Part shown: piece by piece, positions 1 to 8,729 of the stretch
Position numbering within the stretch: position 1 is the stretch's first letter
Layout of the letters: every line of letters begins with the position of its first letter
Assembly: GCA_963805045.1 (NCBI GenBank)
Contig: CAWDTC010000025.1
Coordinates: 42,372-106,371, forward strand
Length of the DNA: 64,000 nt
From: Candidatus Aminicenantes bacterium
GTDB taxonomy: Bacteria; Acidobacteriota; Aminicenantia; Aminicenantales; Saccharicenantaceae
Direction of reading: 5' to 3'
The notes under the pieces: model-generated
The model's input: the letters and a program-made list of their open reading frames with translations, nothing else
What the model was told of the DNA's origin: nothing
Databases searched by the model: none
Translations under genes and position numbers: made by a program

Positions 1-9
1 GGAGGCAAG

Positions 10-555
10 GTGCTTCCGGCCGGGCTGGCCAGGTCCATGCTGACGGCCGAGGCGGGCGACCGGGCGTTCGGCTTCGCCGTCGATGGCGCCGGCCAGGACG
101 TCCGCTTCCACCTCGAGGGGCGGACGTCCGGTTTCACGGCCGTCCTCGACGCCTATCCCTACAAAGGCCAGGGCGTCGCGATCCTGACCAACAGCGACAA
201 CGGCTTCCTCCTCACCGAGGAGATCCTCAGGGCCGTTTCGGCGGCCTACGAATGGCCCGACTGGAAGCCCCGGGAGCGCCCCCTCTTCCGGCTCGACCCC
301 TCGATCTACCGGCAGTACGTCGGCCGCTACGAGGTCACGCCGGATTACGCCCTCGACGTCACCACCGAGGACTATTACCTCGTCATCCGGCCGACCGGCC
401 AGGCTCCGACCAGGTTCTACGTCGAGAACCAGACCTTCTTCTTCTCCATCGACCCCTACGTGCGCATCCAGTTCGTGAGCGACGACAAGGGACGCGTGAC
501 GGGCCTCGTCCTCTGGCAGCAGGACTTCAAGCAGGAGGCGAGGAAGGTCGGCTGA
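10..555 (+). CDS. C-terminal fragment of a beta-lactamase/serine-hydrolase family protein (5' end lies outside the window)
   Basis: ORF is open at the window edge; the C-terminal region resembles class-C beta-lactamase-like hydrolases (VAILTNSDNG...); stop TGA at 553-555. Confidence 0.5.
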   Translation: MLPAGLARSMLTAEAGDRAFGFAVDGAGQDVRFHLEGRTSGFTAVLDAYPYKGQGVAILTNSDNGFLLTEEILRAVSAAYEWPDWKPRERPLFRLDPSIYRQYVGRYEVTPDYALDVTTEDYYLVIRPTGQAPTRFYVENQTFFFSIDPYVRIQFVSDDKGRVTGLVLWQQDFKQEARKVG

Positions 556-3145
556 GGCCGGCCGAGTCTTCAGGCCGGGCCGTCCGGCCCGGGCCCCTGC
601 CCCTCCCTGCTCCTGGACGAGGGACCCGCTGACCTCGAGGAAGTGCTCGACGACCTCCGGGTCGAACTGGGCCCCCGAGCAGCGGATGATCTCCTTGACC
701 GCGTAACGGTGGGACGACGCCTTGCGGTACGGCCGCTGCGAGGTGATCGAGTCGTAGGCGTCGGCTACGGCCATGATCCGGGCGCCGAGGGGGATCTCCC
801 GGCCCTTCAACCCGTCGGGATAGCCCGTGCCGTCGTAGTGCTCGTGGTGGGCCCGGACGACCTTGGCGATGTCCTTGAGCTCGATGACCGGGCGCAGGAT
901 GCTCTCGCCCCGCGCCGGGTGCTCCTTGATGAGGGCGAACTCCGCCTCCGTCAGCTTGCCCGGCTTGTTGAGGATGCTCTCCGGGACGGCGATCTTGCCG
1001 ACGTCGTGGAGGAGCGCGGCCAGCTCGAGGTCGCCCTTCTCCTTTTCGCTGAAGGCCATCCGGTCCGCGATCTTCAGCGAGAAGTCGGTCACCCGGGTCG
1101 AGTGGTGGCGGGTGTATTCGTCCTTCGCGTCGATGGCGGAGGCCAGGGACTTGACCGTGGACAGGAACAGCGAGCGCTGCTGATCGACAAGGTCGGAGGT
1201 CCGCATCTTGAGGTTCCGGTTGACCAGGGCCAGCTCGGATTCGACTGCGGCGGATCCGGAGGAGGGCCCGGATGCGGGCCTTGAGCTCGACCGAATCGAA
1301 GGGCTTGGAGATGTAGTCGTCCGCGCCGGCCTGCATGCCCTCGGCGAGCATCTCGGCGCCGGTCCGCGCGGTGACGAGGATGACGGGCATGTGCTTGAGG
1401 GCCGCGTCGGCCTTGACGGTCCGGCAGAAGGCGTGCCCGTCCATGCCGGGCATCATGACGTCGCAGAGGACGAGGTCGGGGCTCTTCTCCCGCATCAGGG
1501 CGAGCCCCTTCTCCGCCGAGGTCGCGACCTCGACGTCGAACTCGTCGCTGAGGAGCATCTTCATGAGCTTGAGGACCTCGGCGTTGTCGTCGATGGCCAG
1601 GATCAGGGCGTCGTGGGTCTTGGTAGCCTCGCCCGCCGGACCCTCGATGTCTACGTGCTCCAGGTCGACGAGCTGGAGTCGGTGGGCGTCGGCGACGATG
1701 TCCTGGACCCTCGGCTCCCCGGTGTCCGTCGTCCGCCGCTTTAGCCCGACGGGATGTTCTTCCTGGCGGCGGTCGAGGACGTCCTCCGGGAAGTGGCTCT
1801 CGCCCTTCAGCATGTCGACGATGAACCGGGAGCCCTTGCCGAGCTCGCTCTCGGCCCTGATCGCCCCACCGTGGACGCTGACGATCTCCCGGGCCAGCGA
1901 CAGCCCGATGCCCGTGCCTTCATGGGACCGCGACATCGACCCGTCGACCTGGGAGAACCGGTCGAAGATCGTTTCCAGCATGTTGGCAGGAATGCCGATC
2001 CCCGTGTCCTCGACGGCCAGGGTGACCGAACTGTCCTTGTCCTCGATGTAGACGGTGATCTTTCCCCCCTTGGGGGTGAACTTGAGGGCGTTCGAGAGGA
2101 GGTTGAGGATGACCTTCTCGAACTGGTCCGGGTCGACGACGAGCTCGACGTCGTGCGGCGGGTGCTGGAAATAGAGCTTGATCTGATTCTGGTCGGCCAG
2201 CGGCTTGACCGTCGACAGGAGGGAATTCGTGAACTCGACCAAATTTACTGGCTTGATCTTGAGCCGCATCTTCCCCTCCTCGAGCTTGGTCAGGTCGAGG
2301 AGGTTGTTGATGAGCTTGAGCAGCTTATAGCCGTTGCGCTGCATCGTCTCGAGGGTGTCCCTGAACTGGGCAGACAGCTTGCCCATCCTGTTCTCCAGGA
2401 TGGCCTTGAGAGGCGCGAGCATCAGGGTCAGGGGCGTCCGGAGCTCGTGGTTGACGTTGGCGAAGAACTGGGTCTTGAGCTCGTCGAGCGACTTGAGCTT
2501 GATGTTGGATTCCTGGAGCTTGGCCGTCGTCTCCTCGAGCTGGGTGCGGCTCCGGAGCTCGCGGCGGCGGGTGCTGTCCATCGAGTGCGACCCGACGGCG
2601 CCGACGATGATGATCGAGGTCAGGAAAAACAGGTTGTTGGTCACGAACCGCCACAGATCGAGGCTCTCGCCATTGAGGACGATGGGAGCCTGGCCGCCCG
2701 CGATCTTGAGAAAGCTCGGGACGGCATAAATGGCCCAGGTCAGGACATAAAGAAAGATGGCCTCGCGGAAGGCGAAGGGGATGACGACGATCATGCCCAT
2801 GACGATGATGTTCAAACCCTGGTAGTAGCTCGTGAGGAAACCACCCAGGATCTGGATCATGATGCCGATGCCGACGGCGTCCAGGATCACCATGGTCATG
2901 GCCAGGTTGAGAAAGCCGCGGTGGGTCTTGGTGCGTTTGGCGATGACAAGGAGCAGGAATTCCAGGGCGGCGACGGAAAAGCGGATGATGGCGAAGGTCT
3001 TGATATGCTGCGGCGTGTAGACCCAGTCCAGGAGCAGGAACGAGACGAACAGGATCATGCTGATGATGATGGCCAGCTTGACCCTGCCTTTCAGGTCGTA
3101 TTCCGTGTAAAGCCTTTCCTCGAACGGAGTGATGGTGTTAGGCAT
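527..3145 (-). CDS. Hybrid sensor histidine kinase: multi-TM sensor, HisKA/HATPase, REC receiver, C-terminal HD-GYP phosphodiesterase (frameshifted)
   Basis: ORF-track protein has an N-terminal polytopic membrane region, an H-box (ELRTPLT), HATPase (DTGIGIP...GTGIGL) and REC (ILAIDDN...DVMMPGMDG...KPF). Re-reading the minus strand at about 640-1250 in a -1 frame gives a clean HD-GYP domain (HDVGKIAVP...HHEHYDGTGYPDGL) that the listed frame replaces with Gly/Arg-rich junk. So there is a 1-nt frame break near 1250 and the 3' end is uncertain (stop at 527 or about 570). Confidence 0.7.
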   Translation of the reverse strand: MPNTITPFEERLYTEYDLKGRVKLAIIISMILFVSFLLLDWVYTPQHIKTFAIIRFSVAALEFLLLVIAKRTKTHRGFLNLAMTMVILDAVGIGIMIQILGGFLTSYYQGLNIIVMGMIVVIPFAFREAIFLYVLTWAIYAVPSFLKIAGGQAPIVLNGESLDLWRFVTNNLFFLTSIIIVGAVGSHSMDSTRRRELRSRTQLEETTAKLQESNIKLKSLDELKTQFFANVNHELRTPLTLMLAPLKAILENRMGKLSAQFRDTLETMQRNGYKLLKLINNLLDLTKLEEGKMRLKIKPVNLVEFTNSLLSTVKPLADQNQIKLYFQHPPHDVELVVDPDQFEKVILNLLSNALKFTPKGGKITVYIEDKDSSVTLAVEDTGIGIPANMLETIFDRFSQVDGSMSRSHEGTGIGLSLAREIVSVHGGAIRAESELGKGSRFIVDMLKGESHFPEDVLDRRQEEHPVGLKRRTTDTGEPRVQDIVADAHRLQLVDLEHVDIEGPAGEATKTHDALILAIDDNAEVLKLMKMLLSDEFDVEVATSAEKGLALMREKSPDLVLCDVMMPGMDGHAFCRTVKADAALKHMPVILVTARTGAEMLAEGMQAGADDYISKPFDSVELKARIRALLRIRRSRIRAGPGQPEPQDADLRPCRSAALAVPVHGQVPGLRHRREGRIHPPPLDPGDRLLAEDRGPDGLQRKGEGRPRAGRAPPRRRQDRRPGEHPQQAGQADGGGVRPHQGAPGAGREHPAPGHRAQGHRQGRPGPPRALRRHGLSRRVEGPGDPPRRPDHGRSRRLRLDHLAAAVPQGVVPPLRGQGDHPLLGGPVRPGGRRALPRGQRVPRPGAGRGRGPGRTARPEDSAGLSRPSSPPA

Positions 3146-6100
3146 GGGTGTTCCTCGCGCGAGCGACGACGACGTACCCCTGAGGGGGATCGCCGTAAGA
3201 CGGGATGATCCGCTCGATCTCCCAACCCGCTCCCTCCAGCAAGCCTTCGAGCTTCTCAGAATCGAAGAAGTCGAACGTCCCCGCCTCCTCTAGATCCACT
3301 AACGCCTGGGCGTCGTTGAGGAAGGAGCGGAGAGATTCGAGGAGAAGCGGCTTGGGCCAACTCGGCGGGAGGGCCTCCTCGGGCATGGTTTCTATCTTCT
3401 CGAGGAGCCGGGTGAATGGGCCGGAGGCGTCGGTATCGGGACGCATGCTCGACAAAACGAGCCTTCCTCCCGGCCTGATGATCCTCCTGACCTCGGCCAG
3501 GGTTTCGCCCGGATTGAAAATATAGGAGAGAACGAGGCTCATCAGGACCTTGTTGTACCAGCCCGCCCGGAGCGGGAGATGAAGGGTGCCCTCCAAGTAC
3601 CCGGGTAAGGCGAGTCTGCGGAGGGCGGGCTTCTTATTCGTCAGGCGCCGGACGTAGCGCGCGGCCAGGTTAAAATCGATGATCGTCCGGTACTCGTGGA
3701 GATCGAACTGCCTTTTCAACCATTCGTCGTACGCTGGGGAAATGGGCTCCCCCCTGAGGATTCTGTGGAGACGAGGCGAATAAGCTTTTTGGATCTTCAG
3801 GGCACTCTCTAGGGTCAGGTTCTCGATCTTGTCGGCCATCTCCTCGAAGGTCCCGACCTCGCCATCCAGAAATCGCTGGATAGGGAGGAAGCGGCTCAAC
3901 TCCATGTCGAGGCACAGGAGGTCGAGGCGGCCGGGCTCCTTGAGGGCGTCGTAACGGAAAACGAACTTCTGCCTGGCCTGCTCCATGGCATCCGGGATCA
4001 GATCGGCGACGGTGATCTGTGCGGGAAGCTCCCGGCCGCTCTCGAGGAGGTGTTCGACGAAATTGCCCGTCCCGCCGCCCAGATCGAGCAGCCGGTCCGA
4101 GGGCAGGAGCTCGAGGGCCAGGAGTTGGTCCTGCATCAGCTGCTGGTAATCGTCGGACATCGCCATGATGTCGAAGCCCAGGAGGTTGTTGTCGCCCACG
4201 AGATAGCGATGCCAGTAGGTCTGTCGGTTCTTGAGGTTCCGGGTCGGAAGCCTGTCTTTCTCGGCCCGGCGCATGGTCTCCATGTTCTTCCGGCTGGGCA
4301 GGACCGGCTGGATCATGGTCTTGTGAAGAAAACGATGGATCAGCGACGTGATCGTCCCGAACATCTGCAGGGCCTCCCTTGACGTCCGGGCATTGTGCCC
4401 GATGGGAACGGAGATCACCTCACGCGGGGCGTTGGCCTTGATGCTCATCACGTCGCGGATGAACTCGGCCCTGACCCAGTTGTCGTATTGTCCGTAGATC
4501 CAGGTTATCGGAATGTCGATATGGCGCATGTCCTCGCGGGCCTGCTCGAGCGTGGCCACGGAGTTCGCGACCCCGTCTCCGACATAGAAGTCGACATTGA
4601 CGAGGTTGCCCAGGACCGGCATGACGCCCAGTTTGATGCCGAGCTGGTAATGCTCCAGGAAATCCAAGCCGCAATTGATCCGGACCATGAGGTCGCGGAA
4701 TTCCGGCGTGCCCATGCAGGCGATCCAGTACTGGATGCGATGATGGTTCGCCTCGTCCCTGAGGACGATCCGAGCGTCCAGCGCCGAAAAAGAAAACGTC
4801 AGGAGGATGACCGAGCTGGCCCGGAGTTTGGGATTCAGGTCAAGCCAGTCCAGGATGGCGACGACGTCCGCGGCGCTCTGGGTGAAATTCGTATTGAGCA
4901 TCTCATATGGCGGCTCCGATGCCTCGGCGTCCTTGTGGCTTTCCCCCTTCTTGCGGATGCCGTCAAAACGGATGACCGCCAAGGGCTTTCCCAGACGGCG
5001 GAAGTTCTCGGTCAGGGTCAGGGCCAGCCCGAACAGAGTCTCCTTGGTCTTCCCGAAGGCCGGCGGGACGATGACAACCGGGACGGGCCTGTCGTCCAAG
5101 GGGAGCGATGAATTCAGAAGCCCGACGATCTCCTCACCCTGCCGGGTCTCGACCCGGAACACCTCCGGGGGCTTGAGAACCGGTTGGCCCGCTTCTGTCG
5201 CGGCAGGTCGGGTCGCCTGTCTCCCGGACGGTTCGTCGGGATGGAGCCCGTAATCAAGCTCGGGAGTCTGGACGGACTGAATGCTCATCCGGCCGATGCC
5301 GAATTGAACACCGTACTTCGCGGTGTAAAGGACTCCTTCTCCGGCCCGGGAAACGTAGCGGACTTCGCCACTCTCTTTCCAGAGGACCTGGTCGCCGTCC
5401 ATAATGGACACGGTGTCGAGGGGCGTCCCCTTCAGCAGGACCTGTGCGTGGGAGTCGGCGATGAAGCTGACCCCACCCGGACTGATGTCGGTGATGCGGC
5501 CGGTGATGCTGTTGTTGAAGGGCTCGGGGAGGGGGATCTCGACCCGGAGGTTGCCGTACGGACTGAGCCGCTTTTCGGTCCGCTTTTCCGAATAGAACAT
5601 GACCCGTGGGTAAAGGCAGGTCAGGTTCCGGCCATCCGGCGCGATTCGAGAGATCATCGTCTCGAAATTGTAAGTGGCGTAGCCGATCTGGAAGGAGACA
5701 AAGATGAGATCGGACGTCTTGAACCGGACGTTCAGGTCTTCCCCGGCGAAGACGCACGTCGACTGAGGCCGGACATCGCCGAACCTGAGGATCTCCGGGT
5801 TCCGGGATTGGGCCTGGACGACTGCGACCTCCGTCCCATTGCGCATGGCCTCGCGGATGAGGGACTCGATCTTGAAGGCGTCCGAGAACAGGACCATGTC
5901 CTCGGTCTTGAGGAACGGATACCGCGATTTGAGCCCGGAAAGGTCGCGGACCGTGACGTAATCCGAGAGGAAGTGAAGGAGAGAGCGGCGGCTCTCGTCA
6001 TCGATGGCCTTGAACTCGACGCCGACGCCTCCCTGGTCGACGTCGTGCCGGACAATCCGGCCCGTGACGGCATAATGGCGGCCATCGGGGAGGGTGATGT

Positions 6101-6674
6101 CGAGGGGCAGCGAGGCGCCTTCCGGAAAGAAGGACATGGTCCGGAGGAGCATCCCATTCTCGCTGAGGTTGACGACATGGGCTTCGTCGCTCCCGCCGGC
6201 CTCGATGCGGACATCCGGCAGCCCGTTGAGATCGACGCGCATCGAGGTCCGCTTCTCGCGCGACTTTTGGGCGATGAGGAAGCCGACCTTACGCCTGACT
6301 TCAGCGGGATCCTCGGGCTTTTCACAGATGGCATCGATCCGGCCGTAGCTGCCGAGTTCCGCGGCCGTGCCGTTCAGGGGGGAGTCCGCGAGGAGGACCT
6401 TGACGATTGAGTCCGATTTCCCGAGCATCTCATTGAGGAAACGGAAGAGCTCGGTGCCTTTCATCCGCGGGAGGTCTTCGTTGACGACGAGGGCGTCGAC
6501 CTCGGGGAGGGCCTTGATCAGCTTGATGGCTTCGATGCCGCTCGTCGCGGTGTGGACGGTATACTGTTCACGGAAAACCCGCTGGAGCTTTTCGAGGTAG
6601 CCCAGGTCGTCGTCGACGAGGAGAACAACGGGTTTTCCCGGACGTGCCTGTGTGCCTGCATCCGTCTGACTCAT
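3138..6674 (-). CDS. 1178-aa multidomain signalling protein: atypical REC - PilZ - PilZ - alpha/beta-hydrolase-like - class I SAM-dependent methyltransferase
   Basis: N-terminus is CheY-like (VVLLVDDD ... KP) but has Asn where the phospho-Asp is expected (ALVVNEDLPRMKG). Two PilZ signatures (RTSMR...NLSENG and DISPGG). A central alpha/beta-hydrolase-like segment with a nucleophile-elbow-like TFSFS, later GDG and GHN. C-terminal MTase motif I LLDLGGGTGNF and a post-I IIRPGGRLV. The stop overlaps the start of the downstream HK gene by 8 nt. RBS AAAGAGG is upstream of the ATG at 6674. Confidence 0.75.
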   Translation of the reverse strand: MSQTDAGTQARPGKPVVLLVDDDLGYLEKLQRVFREQYTVHTATSGIEAIKLIKALPEVDALVVNEDLPRMKGTELFRFLNEMLGKSDSIVKVLLADSPLNGTAAELGSYGRIDAICEKPEDPAEVRRKVGFLIAQKSREKRTSMRVDLNGLPDVRIEAGGSDEAHVVNLSENGMLLRTMSFFPEGASLPLDITLPDGRHYAVTGRIVRHDVDQGGVGVEFKAIDDESRRSLLHFLSDYVTVRDLSGLKSRYPFLKTEDMVLFSDAFKIESLIREAMRNGTEVAVVQAQSRNPEILRFGDVRPQSTCVFAGEDLNVRFKTSDLIFVSFQIGYATYNFETMISRIAPDGRNLTCLYPRVMFYSEKRTEKRLSPYGNLRVEIPLPEPFNNSITGRITDISPGGVSFIADSHAQVLLKGTPLDTVSIMDGDQVLWKESGEVRYVSRAGEGVLYTAKYGVQFGIGRMSIQSVQTPELDYGLHPDEPSGRQATRPAATEAGQPVLKPPEVFRVETRQGEEIVGLLNSSLPLDDRPVPVVIVPPAFGKTKETLFGLALTLTENFRRLGKPLAVIRFDGIRKKGESHKDAEASEPPYEMLNTNFTQSAADVVAILDWLDLNPKLRASSVILLTFSFSALDARIVLRDEANHHRIQYWIACMGTPEFRDLMVRINCGLDFLEHYQLGIKLGVMPVLGNLVNVDFYVGDGVANSVATLEQAREDMRHIDIPITWIYGQYDNWVRAEFIRDVMSIKANAPREVISVPIGHNARTSREALQMFGTITSLIHRFLHKTMIQPVLPSRKNMETMRRAEKDRLPTRNLKNRQTYWHRYLVGDNNLLGFDIMAMSDDYQQLMQDQLLALELLPSDRLLDLGGGTGNFVEHLLESGRELPAQITVADLIPDAMEQARQKFVFRYDALKEPGRLDLLCLDMELSRFLPIQRFLDGEVGTFEEMADKIENLTLESALKIQKAYSPRLHRILRGEPISPAYDEWLKRQFDLHEYRTIIDFNLAARYVRRLTNKKPALRRLALPGYLEGTLHLPLRAGWYNKVLMSLVLSYIFNPGETLAEVRRIIRPGGRLVLSSMRPDTDASGPFTRLLEKIETMPEEALPPSWPKPLLLESLRSFLNDAQALVDLEEAGTFDFFDSEKLEGLLEGAGWEIERIIPSYGDPPQGYVVVARARNTHA

Positions 6675-6856
6675 CGACCTCTTTTATCCAAGGCGTAGTC
6701 TGTCGTGTAACCCATTTAGTCGGGCGAGGACGGGGACGCTTGAAATCATCGGCGTGGTCGACATCCGGCATGGATCTGGGCTCTGAGCGCATGGCACTCC
6801 CCGCCAGCCCAAATAGGGACACCCATATTTATGTATATCCACAATAATCCACACAA

Positions 6857-6886
6857 AATGTAGTAGATTCCGCGCCCGACTGTCAA
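6857..6886 (-). promoter_or_regulatory. Candidate sigma70 promoter (TTGACA-18-TACATT) for the REC-PilZ-MTase/HK operon, with a roughly 175-nt leader
   Basis: Minus-strand reading gives TTGACA (6886-6881), an 18-nt spacer and TACATT (6862-6857), in the AT-richer gap between the esterase stop and the 6674 start. Confidence 0.3.
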
Positions 6887-6909
6887 GGAATAGTTCGGGG
6901 GAAGCCGGC

Positions 6910-7821
6910 CTAGCGGCGGAAGCTCTCGCCGATGAAGGCCAGCCCATCGACGATGCCCGACCGCCAGTAGCTCCAGGTATGGCTGCCGTCGCGGACCCGG
7001 AACTCATGAGGGATCTTGCGGTCGGTGAGGAGGAGGTGCAGGGCGCAGTTCCCCCGGATCAGGAAGTCCTTGTCGCCGCAGTCGAGATAGAGCCGGACCT
7101 TCTTCAGCGATTCCTCGGGCAGGGTCTTGGCGAGCTCGAGCGGGCTGTATTGACGGAAATGCGGCGTCAGGCGGGCCTTTTCCGAGAGGCCGGCGCCGAA
7201 GACGGGGCCGAGGACCTTGTCCCACATGTCCTGCTTCATGGCCAGGACGTCGTCGTCCGTCCAGACCGCGGCGCTGAAGGCGGCGGCTGCCGCGAAGAGC
7301 TCGGGATGGCGCATAGCGTAGACGAGCGTCCCCCAGCCGCCCATGGACAGGCCCGCCACGCCCCGGAACTCCCGGTCGGGGCGGGTCCGGAAGGTCGCGT
7401 CGATGTGGGGGATGAACTCCTTGACGAACATGTCCTCCCAGCGGACCTTGTTCTGATGATCGTTCACGTACCAGGCGACCCCGCCGTCGGGCATGACGAT
7501 GATCATCGGCGGGAGGACGCGGTCGGCGATGGCCCGGTCCGCGGCCGGGCCGATCTCGCCGAACTGGACCCAGCCCGATTCGTCGTCCGTGTAGCCGTGG
7601 AGCAGGTACACGACCGGGTAGCGGCGGGTCGAGGCGGCGTAGTCCGGCGGCAGGTAGACGGCGTAGGCGACGTCGCGGCCGAGGACGGCGCTCGCCATGT
7701 GGAGCCCCTCCCGGACCTGGGCCCGGGCGGGCGCCGCGAGCGTGAAGAGCAGCAGCCCCGCGGCGAGGACGACGGCCGCCGCGGCCGTCATTTTCAGGAA
7801 GGCCCTTCTTGTCGATGTCAT
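6910..7821 (-). CDS. Tat-signal secreted esterase (putative-esterase / S-formylglutathione-hydrolase-like family)
   Basis: Start is the internal Met of the longer ORF: MTSTRRAFLKMTAAA... has a twin-arginine motif (RRAFLK) and an ...ARA cleavage region. Esterase motifs follow (HGYTDDE, GLSMGGWG). The ATG at 7821 overlaps the upstream gene's stop (ATGA). Confidence 0.8.
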   Translation of the reverse strand: MTSTRRAFLKMTAAAAVVLAAGLLLFTLAAPARAQVREGLHMASAVLGRDVAYAVYLPPDYAASTRRYPVVYLLHGYTDDESGWVQFGEIGPAADRAIADRVLPPMIIVMPDGGVAWYVNDHQNKVRWEDMFVKEFIPHIDATFRTRPDREFRGVAGLSMGGWGTLVYAMRHPELFAAAAAFSAAVWTDDDVLAMKQDMWDKVLGPVFGAGLSEKARLTPHFRQYSPLELAKTLPEESLKKVRLYLDCGDKDFLIRGNCALHLLLTDRKIPHEFRVRDGSHTWSYWRSGIVDGLAFIGESFRR

Positions 7822-8513
7822 GTCCCGCTCCTTCCGGGCTTCGCGGATTTCCTGTAGGTCAGGGAGATCCCGCCGCTCGAGGCCGTGTCGACGACGGTCT
7901 CGAGGTCCGGCCGGCTCCGTGCGTATTCGAGGAAGTCCTTGATGCCCTGCATGAAGCCCAGGCTGACGACGTTGTGGACGGCGAAACAGCCGCCGGCGGC
8001 GAGCTTCGGCAGGAGGGCCTTGAAGTAGTTCAGGGTCCAGTTCTTGTCGGCGTCGATGAAGACGAAGTCGAACGGGCCGGGCAGCTCCTGGACGAGCTCG
8101 TGGGCGTCGGCCAGGCGGGCGTCGATCCGGTCGTCGAGGCCCGAGGCCTTGAAGTTCTGCACGGCCCGGAGGTGGCGGAACTCGTCGATCTCGACGGTCA
8201 CGAGCGACCCGCCGGTCTTGCTCAGGGCCCAGGCCTGCCAGATGCCCGAGCGCCCGGTGGAGGTGCCGATCTCCAGGGCCCGGGTGTAGCGATGCTTGAG
8301 GATAAGGTCGTAGAGAAAGCGGCCGTCCGCCTCGGTCACGTTCTCCTCGCGCCACTGGTCCTTTTGGGAGTCGAGGAAGCTCCGGACCCGGGCGTCGAGG
8401 GCCGCGGCGTCGGCGGCCTGCGGGGACTGCCGCGGCGGGGCGGGGTTCGCGATGCAGAGGACGGGGAGGGCGAGAAGAAGGGTCCGGAGGGCGGCCGTCG
8501 TCCTGGCTGTCAT
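7818..8513 (-). CDS. Class I SAM-dependent O-methyltransferase (caffeoyl-CoA/catechol OMT family 3) with an N-terminal signal/anchor
   Basis: LEIGTSTGRS, FDFVFIDADK and GGCFAVHNV motifs; N-terminus is hydrophobic (LLLALPVLCIA); 4-nt overlap with the esterase start. Confidence 0.8.
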   Translation of the reverse strand: MTARTTAALRTLLLALPVLCIANPAPPRQSPQAADAAALDARVRSFLDSQKDQWREENVTEADGRFLYDLILKHRYTRALEIGTSTGRSGIWQAWALSKTGGSLVTVEIDEFRHLRAVQNFKASGLDDRIDARLADAHELVQELPGPFDFVFIDADKNWTLNYFKALLPKLAAGGCFAVHNVVSLGFMQGIKDFLEYARSRPDLETVVDTASSGGISLTYRKSAKPGRSGT

Positions 8514-8582
8514 GTGTTCCTGCTTCGGCCGGGTGGGGTGGGCGAACGGTTCGAGAGAGCCGTCGTCCCCCGCGTCCCTCCC

Positions 8583-8611
8583 AATATACGGGAGCGCTCC
8601 GGGGAAGTCAA
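8583..8611 (-). promoter_or_regulatory. Candidate sigma70 promoter TTGACT-17-TATATT for the O-methyltransferase/esterase operon
   Basis: Minus strand: TTGACT (8611-8606), 17-nt spacer, TATATT (8588-8583), about 70 nt upstream of the ATG at 8513 and just downstream of the terminator-like hairpin that follows the TPR gene. Confidence 0.45.
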
Positions 8612-8688
8612 ACCGGGACGGAAGGCGGGCGGACAGGCTCTAAGTACGCAGGGCGTCCTTTACGGATGGCCTGTTCGGCGCAGGGAAA

Positions 8689-8722
8689 GGAGGGACAGCC
8701 CCGCCGACGGGACTGCCCCTCT
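8689..8722 (-). terminator. GC-rich imperfect hairpin (GGAGGGACAGCCCC...GGGACTGCCCCTC) directly after the TPR gene stop
   Basis: Inverted repeat that starts 8 nt downstream (minus strand) of the stop at 8730-8732; related to the GGGAC-N-GTCCC palindrome family; no clear U-tract. Confidence 0.3.
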
Positions 8723-8729
8723 TGTCTTC

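Noticed and set aside
643-1284. Plus-strand ORFs (643-1284, 863-1183, 1208-1744, 1335-2051, 1754-3208) overlapping the HK gene
   Set aside because: They are antisense to a region that encodes clear HisKA/HATPase/REC/HD-GYP domains on the minus strand; their translations have biased composition and no motifs.
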